A stretch of 64,000 nt of DNA. Source: Balanoglossus misakiensis (taxonomy: Eukaryota > Animalia > Hemichordata). Below, piece after piece: positions 10,356 through 21,304 of this stretch. Below the pieces are notes generated by a model, which was not told the origin of the DNA, did no database searches, and was given only the letters and a program-made list of their open reading frames with translations. Position 1 is the first letter of the stretch; every line of letters begins with the position of its first letter. Where the stretch lies: assembly GCA_040954595.2 (NCBI GenBank), contig CM082576.2:17779028-17843027 (forward strand), given 5' to 3'. The position numbers were made by a program, and so were the translations under genes.

Positions 10356-12040
10356 GGCCGAGTTCGATTGTGACCCGAGTAGCGACCCGAGTAGCTGCCG
10401 GTGACGTCATCACATTCTAGTTAGCATGCGCATAAGCGTAACCCGGGAGATTTCAAACGAACGATACAACATGTACAAGGTAGCAACCCATGTAAACAAA
10501 TATGGCGACTGAGTTCGAAGATTTCTTGGTTTTGCGTAATTTTTTTGAGGATTTTGATGAATCTTTAGATTCTGCGGCAGTTTTGCAACTTCGGATAAAT
10601 ACTGCCATCATTGCCTCTCTGAGCTGTTTTTTTTTGCGCCGAAAATACGTTCCGGGAATAAAATGTTTTGCCTAAGTTAATATCAAGGAATTTCACAAAA
10701 CCGTACATACTCCTATCGAGCATAGACCCTAGAGAAAGAAGGACGCGTAACTCCAGGTTTTTCTTGAAACGATGTTCTTTTGCATACATTATTTCCGGAT
10801 AATCCCCAATAATCCAATTTGCAAATAAACTATGTATAAACTTACGAAAAGTCTCGCGTTTTGCGAGAAAAGACGAGAAAACTGCAACGTGGTTGAACTG
10901 CAGCGATCATTTATAGAACACATCTGGACAAGTTAAACACGAATTTGGCACTTCTGAGTCTGACAGCGTCCAAAACAAGCATCTTTTGTCTAACAGTCCC
11001 GGTATTTGACAAGGTTGTGAGCTAACCGTACCTAGGGCTTCCTGTCGTCGTCAACCATGAGAAACCAAGATGGCGGCCATAGCGCACACGTGAAAATCCA
11101 CAAAGTTTGTTTACAAATTGTTTTCGTGAAATCTGTTTCATTGTTCACGCACTGCAAAATAAAATGCCCCTAAACCACAATTTTTGTTTCAATGCTTCAC
11201 GCAAACATAAAATTATTACGAAAAGTGTCAGCATTACCAAGAAGTATGAGTGCCCAGTCGGACATGCAAAGACATGGATGATTTGTTTACAATTTTTAAA
11301 TGAAGCTTGTGGCACTAGAAATGACCGTTCAATCGACAGACGAACACCAAACCATAATAAATAGCACAGAAAACGTAATACTTTTTGAATTTTAGAAAAA
11401 AACGCAGTGGCTGCTGAAATATAGGAGTGCCAGTTTTTATTTACTGTCGCGCATCACAGAGTTGCGTTTATTTTGTTGGTGATATGTTAATGATATTCTA
11501 ATGACATCTCAGCATGCCAAAGTGGAGATTCACGCCTGCCACCGTCCTAGGTGTTAATTATATGCAAAAGAACATCTTCATACTGATAATCCCCAAACCC
11601 TTTGATCTTTGCCGCAGTTGCGCGTCCTTCTTTCCCTAGGGTCTATGTATAGAGTAAAACAAAATCTGATCCAGCGATCGTCGCCTGATTTTGTCGTCGT
11701 CACACGTAAACAATACGACTTTTATTCAAAAATATCCGAAATACGTACACCCTGTACTGTAAAAATTATGAAAATTGCTTTAAAATTAGTGCAATGACAT
11801 CGTTTACCGCGTTTTCCCTGAAAATAGCAAAAAACACCTAATATTTATTTTTACGTACGGTTGCCCTGTCGCCATTTTGTCGAGTTCCAACCCCAGCAAC
11901 CCTGCTCCTGACGCGAACAGGCCCAGGTTAAGTTCAAAGGTCATATGACGTAATTTGCGTCATCAGCGTAGCAACTCGGAGTCGTTCGATTGCAACGCGC
12001 GCGACTCGGGTAGCTCTTCGGGTCGCAATCGAACTCGGCC
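10356..12040 (+). mobile_element. Non-autonomous PIF/Harbinger element A (internal deletion derivative)
   Basis: TIRs GGCCGAGTTCGATTG...CAATCGAACTCGGCC. It retains MATEFEDFLVLRNF at ~10502, similar to MADDFADFLFLHKF at the start of the transposase at 39516. No clean TSD. Confidence 0.8.
10721..11647. mobile_element. MITE with CATAGAC termini (P-element-like)
   Basis: ~30-bp TIR CATAGACCCTAGAGAAAGAAGGACGCG / CGCGTCCTTCTTTCCCTAGGGTCTATG. Flanks are TATCGAG and TATAGAG (7 bp, 1 mismatch). The superfamily call is tentative. Confidence 0.7.
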
Positions 12041-12375
12041 ATGGAAAACCTTGGCTGAGTTCGATTGTGACCCGAGTAGCAACCCGAGTCGCGCGCGTTG
12101 CAATCGAACGACCCCGAGTTGCTACTCTGATGACGCAAATTACGTCATATGTATGGAACGCCGTAACTGTCTTATATGATTACAGGAAATATTGTCTTCC
12201 GCATTTTTAGTACATGCTAGGCATTGCAGTTAAATTATGAGCATTTGTTAATATTGCCAACTATTTTGTCACTTTATTCAAGCCATTTAGTTTACCATCC
12301 TAGCCATTTGTCATACTATTATAGCCAAACATTGTGATTTCTAATCCTCTTCTCCGTTTATACTAGTTATTTACC

Positions 12376-14494
12376 TTATTACATTCATAGACCCGGTTAT
12401 TACCACAATGTGACGTCATACTAAAGTAATAAGAAATCGACAGATTGCATATTACCGTAGTATGATGTCACTGCCAATAATTCTGCCGGAACTACTTTCA
12501 GTTTGTAAACAAATAAAAAAACTATCCTACGATGTTATATTGCATAATACTATAGTGGATGGGCTTTGAAGTTTGGGAAATATGGGGTTACAAATAATAA
12601 AGCACATGTGAAATATCGTTTAATGATGTTTTATTAGTTTGCTCGATGTATTGAAACTGTGGCGGGAAATTTTTGGTGACTGTCGTCTGCGCTTCAAAAA
12701 TTTTGTTCGATCGAAGATGTCAGCGACAGAGCGGTACATAGCTATGTCGTCGAACGACATTGACGATTTTATAACGAGCCAAAGAAAGCAGAACACTGTA
12801 AAATCGACCACAAACGCAGTGAAACAACCTAGGAAATTTATAGAGGAGACAGAAGATGGTTTAGCGACAGATATACATGAAATTCCGCCTGAAATTCTGG
12901 ACGTCTGCCTGTCGAAATTTTTCGTCGGGTCGAGGCAGAGCGACGGGTCTGACTACGAGCCGGACACTCTCACAACATACCAGCGTGGGATCGACAGGTA
13001 TTTAGCGGAGAATGGATATAGATATTCCATTTGCTGGGATAAAAAATTCACTAAATCGCAAGAAGCCCTGCGAGCCAAAAGATGCGAATTAAAGGGCAAG
13101 GGGAAAGGAAATAAATCCCGTGCGGCGGAACCACTGACCGACGATGAAATCAACATCATGCGTGAGAAGGGTATCCTTGGAAATCATAGTCCCGAGTCAC
13201 TTCTGTATACGGTTTGGTGGAACAACACCATATTGTTAGGATTCCGGGCCTCCGATGAGAACAAGAAACTGCTCTGGGGAGACATCCAGCTAAAAGAAAC
13301 GGCAGCGGGTCGGGAATATCTTGAATTTAACGAGCGCGACAACAAAACACGCTCCGGTCAACACGCAAGTTTCGTTCGCCCGTATTGTCCAAAGATGTTT
13401 GCCGTAACCGATAAAGCTATCTGTCCGATCGAGTCATACAAGGCATACCGCTCTCATCGACCACCAGAGCTATGTATGCCCGAATCCCGTTTTTACCTTG
13501 CCATTAATTATAACCCGACAACCAACATGTGGTACAAGCGACAACCCATGGGAAAGAATAAACTAGAAAGCATAGTGCAGACCATGGCGACAAAAGCAGG
13601 CATTCCAGGCCGTAAAACAAACCACAGCGCCAGGAAAACAGCCATCCAAAAGTTGCACGATAGTGGTGTTGCCCCCACACAAATAATGCAGCTTTCAGGG
13701 CACAGAAATGTCCAGTCGATCAACTCGTATGCTGTAAACTCACTCTCCCAACAAGAGCGAATGTCTGACATCCTCGTCAAGGACAAACCGCAAACCGAGC
13801 TGGTACCTGTCACACGGCCCGCCCTTCCAACTGAAGATGTCACTCACACCTCACGCTCTTTTGCCCTACCAAGCTCTGTAAACAGCCATCCCCACCAACT
13901 CACGTCTGTCGCAGCGTCTCCCTTCCAGTCTACATCATCGGACGGAGGTATCGTAGCGGCTGCAGCTGCGGGAATGTTTTCTGGGGCCACCATGACCGGG
14001 TGTACGATCATCGTAGCCATCAATGTTGCTGGGACCGCGAGTCAGTCAGCGCCGCGACCGTGTAAACGTCGAGCCGTAATCTACGATACCAGCGATAGTT
14101 CACAGGATTGAGATGACTGTTTGATTTCGTGACTGTTGTATTTGTTGTGAAACATTGCATTTCAAAACTAGTTGACAATTTATTAGTGTTCTGTTCTGTT
14201 CTGTTCGACTTGCATGAATGTTCCGTTGTCTCACACAAAATTTATGAATGAGCTGAAACAGCTGAGCTGAGCCTCTTCACTATTTTTTCTCTATATTTGA
14301 GCAGCTTGAAATAATTAAAACCCTTCCGAAACCATTAAAATAAATTTTATTGCAAAATATTAAGACTGTCCCGGGTCTATGAATATAATAAATACATAAT
14401 CTCCCAGTATTTCTCACCCGTATTACGTCAGCGAGGAGTCACTCGTCCCTTGCTGACGTAATACTCGTTCGAAATACTGGGAGATTATATATAA
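12376..14494 (+). mobile_element. Crypton-type tyrosine-recombinase DNA transposon, apparently complete
   Basis: Boundaries are fixed by the uninterrupted right TIR (TTTACC|ATATTACG). No TSD; ends are TTA...TAA; one long ORF. Confidence 0.9.
12717..14111 (+). CDS. Crypton tyrosine recombinase (DUF3504 / KCTD1-ZMYM-QRICH1-related), 464 aa from first ATG
   Basis: DGSDYEPDTL, GFRASDE (R), KTRSG (K), CPIESYKAY, QPMGKNKL, TNHSAR (HxxR), SGHRN (H) and SINSY (Y). The catalytic set is intact. Confidence 0.92.
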   Translation: MSATERYIAMSSNDIDDFITSQRKQNTVKSTTNAVKQPRKFIEETEDGLATDIHEIPPEILDVCLSKFFVGSRQSDGSDYEPDTLTTYQRGIDRYLAENGYRYSICWDKKFTKSQEALRAKRCELKGKGKGNKSRAAEPLTDDEINIMREKGILGNHSPESLLYTVWWNNTILLGFRASDENKKLLWGDIQLKETAAGREYLEFNERDNKTRSGQHASFVRPYCPKMFAVTDKAICPIESYKAYRSHRPPELCMPESRFYLAINYNPTTNMWYKRQPMGKNKLESIVQTMATKAGIPGRKTNHSARKTAIQKLHDSGVAPTQIMQLSGHRNVQSINSYAVNSLSQQERMSDILVKDKPQTELVPVTRPALPTEDVTHTSRSFALPSSVNSHPHQLTSVAASPFQSTSSDGGIVAAAAAGMFSGATMTGCTIIVAINVAGTASQSAPRPCKRRAVIYDTSDSSQD

Positions 14495-15149
14495 ATATTA
14501 CGTTAGGCATTTGTCATATTACGGGAGACATTTTGTGTATTGTATTATGCATTTGGTATGCAATTATTGGCATTTTACATAAATCGTAGTCTTTTATTAC
14601 TTTATGTTAGTTATTTGTAGTTATTTGGAATATCATGCTAGGCATTTCAGTTAAATTATGCGCATTTATTAATATTGTCAACTATTTTGTCATTTTATTT
14701 AAGCCATTTAATTTACCATCCTAGCCATTTGTCCAACCATTTTAGCCAAACATTATAATTTTTAATCCTTTTCTCAGTTTATACCAGTTATTTACCATAT
14801 CACGTTAGGCATTTGTCATATTATGTTATTCATTTTGTGTATTGTATTACGCATTTGGTATGCAATTAATGGCATTTTTTCATAATGCGTAGTCTTTTAT
14901 TACTTTATGTTAGTTATTTGGTATATCCTGTTTGGCATTGCAGTTGAATTATGTGCATTTAGCATACCATCCAAGCTATTTGCTATAATGTTAAACTCTT
15001 GATAGGTTGTTAGGTTAATACTGGTAATTTAATAAATTATTTAAGACATTTGTTACATTATTTTGGGCATATATTATAATCTTTCACTCTTTTCTTAGTT
15101 TTTGCAAGTTATCTTGTTAACTTGGTTAGGCATTTGTCTTATTATTTAA

Positions 15150-15654
15150 AGGCACGTAAGCTGCACCTGGATAAAAAATTTAAGTTTTAAATAATCTCAT
15201 ATATGCTTTTAATTATGTCTATTAAATGCTGTTTCATGATAATATATCAAGCTCAACACTTATTTATGACAAAATGGCCAAAAATTAAAGAAAAACAGAA
15301 ATTCCTGCATTTTTTAATAAAAGTGCAATATTGCAATGAAAAATGAAAATCTGATGTCTCAGTGGTGTACATTTACTTCCATGAGCTCAAGTGGATGAGA
15401 TCATGTTTTGTTTATGAAGTTTCACAACCGGAAATGCGACATTTTCATTGTTTCTTGCATTTTCCCACGGTGGCGGCCATAATCGCTTGCGGCAAAGCTT
15501 TATTATTTATCTGGTTAAAACTTGCATATGCACTCATATTTAGGGTTTATAATGTCTGTGTATAGTTCACTGCCTTCAACTGCATGGACTAATGGTAGTG
15601 CAGTTTGAAACAAAAATTATGAAAATTATCCCAAAAGTTACAGCTTACGTGCCT
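15150..15654. mobile_element. Kolobok-like non-autonomous element, 505 bp
   Basis: TTAA TSD confirmed against the right TIR. TIR is AGGCACGTAAGCTG / CAGCTTACGTGCCT; purine-purine termini favour Kolobok over piggyBac. Confidence 0.8.
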
Positions 15655-16124
15655 TTAAGGCATCTATGATTAATTTTAATTCCTTTGCCAGTTTGTGCTA
15701 GTTATTTTGTAGATCTATCTAGACAAATGTCAGATTATCTTACGCATTTTTAAGGCCGAGTTACACGAGGCAACTCGGTAGGCAACTCGGTGGGCAACTC
15801 AACACGCAACGCCAGTCGCAACGCTACATCGAACAGTTACACGGGGCGACTCGACTGGCAACTAGCTGCGCGTAAACAGTGGCTGCGCATGTGCAGCCGC
15901 CTCAGTAGCCGATCGACAATTCAATCTTTATTCGATATTATGCATAAATATTTGGTAGTTATTCTGGCAACAGCATGCATATATTATTCTTGTCATTTAG
16001 CTGATCAACCTGGTCATCTGACCGAGTATTTTTTCTTGAAAAAACAACAAAAAAAGTTTGCGAATTTCAACTGCATACAATACGTATACTTTCTCCACTA
16101 TGTATTGCTATTGACATAATAAAC

Positions 16125-16441
16125 TTAAGCAATAAAACACCCCCAGCCATGGTATACCACGAGATTTTGACCAGTTCACGACATATACGCACGAGCGATA
16201 GCGAGTGCGTATATGGAGTTGAACTGGTCAAAATCGAGTGGTATACCATGGCTGGGGGTGTTTTATTGCTATTATATTATACCAGTATATTGAAACTTTG
16301 CATAAAACATTTTAAAAAGGCATTTTCTTTGACTATGATATATGACTGTGGTATATGGCTAATATATCACGGTCACGTGTCGTGTCTCGACCAATCAAAT
16401 AGTGTGATTTACACCATCAATATACTGGTATAATATAATAA
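16125..16441 (-). mobile_element. Non-autonomous Crypton-like element (terminal hairpin plus subterminal inverted repeat)
   Basis: Hairpin ~16128-16272, followed at once by TTATACCAGTATATTG, whose complement CAATATACTGGTATAA forms the far end. Confidence 0.6.
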
Positions 16442-16958
16442 CTAGTATCGCACTTCAACAGTATCCTCATCAATAAAAACTTTTTTTTCTCAGTTAGCAG
16501 GTGATATGCAAGTCTATATCAGTATTAAAAGAAAAAAATACTAGCTTGGGTGCTTAATTTAATTGATGAATACGGAATTTTTAATCGTGATACCAAATTG
16601 GACAAAATTTAAACGTTACTTAATATTTTTTAATAGAACAGGAGTAACTTAAGTTTAATTTAATTTTATATAAAATGTACTTGAAACCAGGTATTATTTT
16701 TTATAGCAGATCAACCGGCGAGTTTAAATCCTTGTAAGACAGGGGAGTAGATTATGGGGAAATTGAAGAAAGTTGCGCAATTTAACATTAAGATTACTGA
16801 ATTATCAAACTGCACATCATATATATGTGTGAAAAATGCGGAGCCAAAAGTCGTGCCAATCTGTAAAGTTGATATGACCGGGCGAAATAGACACGTACCG
16901 TGTTTTGCCCAAAAAGATATATGATGTACACTGGCTGTGTAAAAACTCTTGAACTGTG

Positions 16959-17998
16959 TAGTGGGGCAGTTAACCAAAAAATCGTGCACTTTGGGTTAAA
17001 AGCATGAAACTTGATACACTTATGCAATAACCCATGGCGGCCATTTTCTGATATGGATCCCAAAATACAGCGCCCTCTAGTGGCCAGAAACTGACATCCA
17101 CACTTTTCACCCCATTAATGGCACTTTTTGGTCTATTGTAACACTCAGAAACAGGAATGTGGGTTGTAAAACATGCTTGCTACCATACATTCCTCTGTAT
17201 ATTATCCTAATCCTGATGTACATATATCAGATCAATTTTGATGACATCTAACTTCACAGTAACAAAGAGCACTGCTGTCAGACTAGACCTAAAGCACCTA
17301 CAGAAACATGTGCATGACTTTTTGCAACTGATTTCCTGAGGTTGACTCTTTTCTTGGGCTTTACTAAGAGTTGTCAAACTTGATTTCCACTGGGATTCTG
17401 TTGGTTTGATATAGCTTTTCTAGGTTTCTCATGTTCTATAAGAGCTACATGTGAAGAAGGAATATTCTCAAGAACCCTTGACTCTCTGGAGAAGAGGTGT
17501 TGTCTTGCCCCATTGCCTGACTTTGTGTATGCAACTGGTTCTGTTATACCAAAGAACAAATTGTTCAATTAGTAACATACAAGATTGATCTGATACATGT
17601 ACATCAGGATGAGGATAATATTCAAAGGAATGTATGGCAGCAAGCATGTTTTACAACCCACATTCCTGTTTCTGAGTGTTACAATTGACCAAAAAGTGCC
17701 ATTAATGGGGGAAAAAGTATAAATGTCAGTTTCTGACCACTAGAGGGCGCTGTATTTGGGATCCATATTGGAAAATGTCCGCCATGGGTCAATGAATAAT
17801 TGTAGCAAATTTCATGCTTTTAACCGGAAGTGCACAATTTTAAAGTAGGAATGTCTGTGTATGGCCACTAGAGGGCGCTGTCATTTTGGATCCATATCAG
17901 AAAATGGCCGCCATGGGTCAATGCATAAGTGTACCAAGTTTCATGCTTTTAACCCAAAGTGCACAATTATGCCAAAATTTGGGGTTTAGCTCCTGCTA
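16959..17998 (-). mobile_element. Academ-like non-autonomous element with long TIRs
   Basis: TAG...CTA ends, GTG flanks on both sides, inverted arms of several hundred bp. The central ARQHLFSRESRVLENIPSSHVALIEH resembles the C-terminal part of Academ-type transposases. Confidence 0.65.
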
Positions 17999-18060
17999 GT
18001 GGGCGATAATCATAAGCTGGCGTTTTATTATTCTGAAATTCGGTTACGATATCTGGTTAA

Positions 18061-18856
18061 GATGGGTCCCTCGGATCTTTTTGCCCGTTGCTATGGGCCT
18101 TTGCAGGACATTACACCCCGATTTGGACTAAGCCGTTTTCAGAGTCTAACAAGGGGCTGGTAACTAGTTGAAAATCTGCACTATTGTGAGCGCGCGCCCC
18201 CTGACGCCATTGATATGCAAATTAGCTAGGTCAAATTTCAAAAGCCTAAGGCTTTTTATTCCGTGACCTCAAAAACGAACTTGATACGTATTCATTAGTT
18301 GCTTGAACCAGGGAAGATCGTGACGGATTTTGTTTTCGAATATTATCGTTGTATCCTACGATTTCAGCATACCCGTACCACACCTGAAAAAGTCATCGAT
18401 TTTGGGTGTTTTTGGACGCGTTTTCCCACCGGTATCGCTTCTTAGCACGACGAAAACCGAAAAAACGATCCGTCACACTGTGCGGAAGTGCGTTCTCAAC
18501 AAGCAGGTCAAATTTGGCTGGCCTACGTCACCTGTGAAAAAAGCCTTAGGGATTTTCGTGAACGGTACAAAATCTCTGTGTACAAAACATTGGATTTTTA
18601 GCGTTCGATCCAGTTACTGTGGTTACAGGACGCACACGCTATCGCTGACCGCTGCTTTGCCGTATTAGCGTGGCGGCCTATGGCCGGGCGGTAGCTGCCG
18701 TAAACATACTCGGACAGGGGGTGTGCACACCATCGTGTGTATTTTTTAACTAGTTACAAGCCCCTTGTCGGACGTTCATAACGGTTTCGATCAAAATTGA
18801 GTGTAGTGTCCTATAAAGGCCCATAGCAACGAGCAAAAAGATCCGAGGGACCCATC
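18061..18856. mobile_element. TTAA-flanked MITE (Kolobok-like)
   Basis: TTAA on both sides; TIR GATGGGTCCCTCGGATCTTTTTG extends imperfectly for about 100 bp. Confidence 0.8.
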
Positions 18857-19938
18857 TTAAGGTACCCCAAAAATCGGAAATGCAATCAATGTCGAGTCAA
18901 TCATCATAACCATTTTCGCGAAACTGAATAGTAGTTTATTTTCATATCATCACTGGCAAGATAATTAGTTGAAAGTTTCTTTAACAAAACTTGAGTTTAT
19001 ATGGAAATATTGAACTATAAGTACATACAAATATCCGATTTCATAGCAAATACTTATTCCCCAATATTTTCGGAAGTCAACAGGTCTACAGTCTGTAGTT
19101 CCTGGTTCGGAAAATAACAAATAAACACCATTTTTGCATGTGCAGATGTCAAAATTTATTCGAGGCAAAGTGGTAACGCGGGGCAACCGCTTGCGCGTCA
19201 GGCAACTCATCGCCCGAAAATCCGACATGACGGATTTTGAGGCGACGTCGCCAGACGCGTTCCAGCGACGCGACTATATCATACACACGAGGCAACTCAC
19301 CGAGCAACTCGGGTTGCGCGTCGAGTTGCCTACCGAGTTGCCTCGTGTAACTCGGCCTTTACAATGTTTTGCTTCCGCCGTTTTGTCATAGCCATTCACT
19401 TCGTTGTGGTAGGCATTGTTGGGCCTGTTAGTGAGGGCGCTGCTCCAGTGGTAGTCTTCTGGCGTATCGTCATAGGCAATTTGTACAACACAATGTACAT
19501 CATGCAAGGCATTTTCGTTATTGTAGGCATTTGTGTGGGCGCTGTGTGATTAGCGTCGCGTCCACAGGACGTTCTGTACGTAACGGACGCGGACGCGCAT
19601 TTCATTTTCAGTATCACACAGTCTTGGAGCAAGACTAGAGGTAAAAGTATATCCCAACAGTTACTGAGGGTTTCGCCGGGGGGGGGGGGGGGGGGGGTTC
19701 GCCAGGAATATTGTATTTGAAAAACTGTTGACAACTTAGCTGCCACTGTTAGTGTGTTAGTTCTTTGGTGTGACCTGAACTAAGTTTTTGAAGGTCTCGT
19801 TGCATACTTTTCATCCATACACGGAATCACTACTTCCAGCAGCGGATACTTTGTATGTTTACAATGAATCGTGGGAAATAAAAGCTGGGGTCACCGGGTC
19901 ATTCGTAAGACATTGCATTCTGACCATTCATGTTTCAA

Positions 19939-21304
19939 ATGGCGTCGAACATGGCAAGTATTCTGGCATCTTTTAACCTTGCGTATCTCACTGGTGTATT
20001 TGAGAGAGAGGATATCACCCCAGACCTTGTGTGCCTTTTGTCTGTGAGCGACTTTGAAAAGTTAGGGCTACGTAGTCGAGCACACATGATGTCTCTGCGA
20101 ACTGCATGTTGCACGTTTGGAAGAAAAGCACCAATCAACGTTCGAGAGGGTTGTGGTGCCCCGCAATTTATCATTCCCAAACCAGTGCTGGAGAACCTTT
20201 TGGAAGAGGGTTTTTTGATAAAAGAAATAGCTTCGATGTTAGCCATTTCTGAAAGTACAATTTATCGCAGGATGAGACGATATGGATTAAGTAAGATGAA
20301 CTTCACAGAAATTTCAGATTATGACTTAGATGCAGTTCTTAAGGAGTTATCAAGAGAGTTTCCCAGCTGTGGAGAAAACATGATGAAGCTGATTTTACTT
20401 GATAGGAGTGGCATTAAAGTACAGCGAATGAGGCTAGAGACAGCGTCCATCGAGTTGACCAGATTGGAGTTGAACTAAGACGTCAAGGTAGATTGCAGAG
20501 AAGGGTGTACTATGTGAAAGGCCCCAATCACCTCTGGCATATTGACACAAATCATAAACTAATACGGTGACACTTTATTATAATTGGTGGGATCGATGGG
20601 TTAGCCGCCTTCCTGTCATGCTGCAGTGCACAGATAACAACAAGTCAGCCACACTTTTAGACTGTTTTAAAGGTTCTGTAGAAGTATATGGTCTGCCAAG
20701 CAGAGTTAGATCCGACATGGGTTTAGAAAATGTGGACATTGCTGATTTCATGATATTGAAAAGAGGACCTAATCGAGGCAGTATGATTACTGGTAAAAGT
20801 GTACATAATCAAAGGATAGAACGATTATGGCGTGATGTGTATGAAGGTGTCCTCAGTTTGTACTACCAGCTTTTTTACTTCATGGAAGACCGTGGTATTT
20901 TAGACCCGCTGAATGACCTTCATCTTGCAGTTCTTCACTTTGTATTCCTAAGCAAGATAAATGACAAGTTGCAAACATGGACGAATGCATGGTCACGACA
21001 TCGACTTAGAACAGCAAGATCGACACCTCTTCGTTTGTGGGTTGCTGGACAGTTTCAAAATCCTGTGGGTGTTGAACTGACAAGCAGTGACATGGACGGT
21101 TATGGAGTAGAGGGTATTGTGGATGATGCTGACCAAGTGAATGATACCAGGCCAATGCTGGATCAACTATCATGGCAATTTACTGAACCTTGTTTGCGCG
21201 AACTTACTGCAAGGATATCTCAGACATGGACTTCTGATAACTATGGCATTGACATTTATATGCTAGCATCGGAAATAGTTAATAATCATATGCAAGGGAT
21301 ATAA
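19939..21304 (+). pseudogene. IS3EU transposase with N-terminal SAM-like domain, HTH and integrase-core DDE; disrupted
   Basis: ILASFNLAYLTGVFEREDITPDLVCLLSVSDFEKLGL (SAM-like), IKEIASMLAISESTIYRRM (HTH), [23 protein letters not shown] and HNQRIERLW. Frameshifts near 20440 and 20600; in-frame TGA near 20568. Confidence 0.9.

Larger units (their letters stand above)
15753..19358. mobile_element. Harbinger-type non-autonomous element containing three further insertions
   Basis: TIR AGGCCGAGTTACACGAGGCAACTCGGTAGGCAACTCG. TTA TSD at 15750-15752 and 19359-19361, confirmed against the right TIR. Confidence 0.9.
12152..19545 (+). repeat. Left TIR of IS3EU no. 2 (~1.1 kb net, split by three insertions)
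   Basis: Segments 12152-12375, 14495-15149, 15659-15752 and 19362-19545 match the reverse complement of 32271-34069 colinearly. Confidence 0.92.

Noticed and set aside
12146-12151. CATATG as part of the IS3EU TIR
   Set aside because: It is palindromic, but the homologous empty site at 11942-11947 has a single copy, so it is the TSD.
11941-12179. Mirror-image ORFs or a stand-alone palindromic MITE
   Set aside because: They arise from two Harbinger ends facing each other; the TIR tips point inward.
12639-14111. Domesticated KCTD1/QRICH1/ZMYM gene
   Set aside because: It is intronless, has all catalytic residues, and is a discrete insertion absent from the opposite TIR.
19274-19549. Similar ORFs here and at 32205-32437, suggesting a duplicated gene
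   Set aside because: They are the inner ends of the two TIRs; no coding signature.
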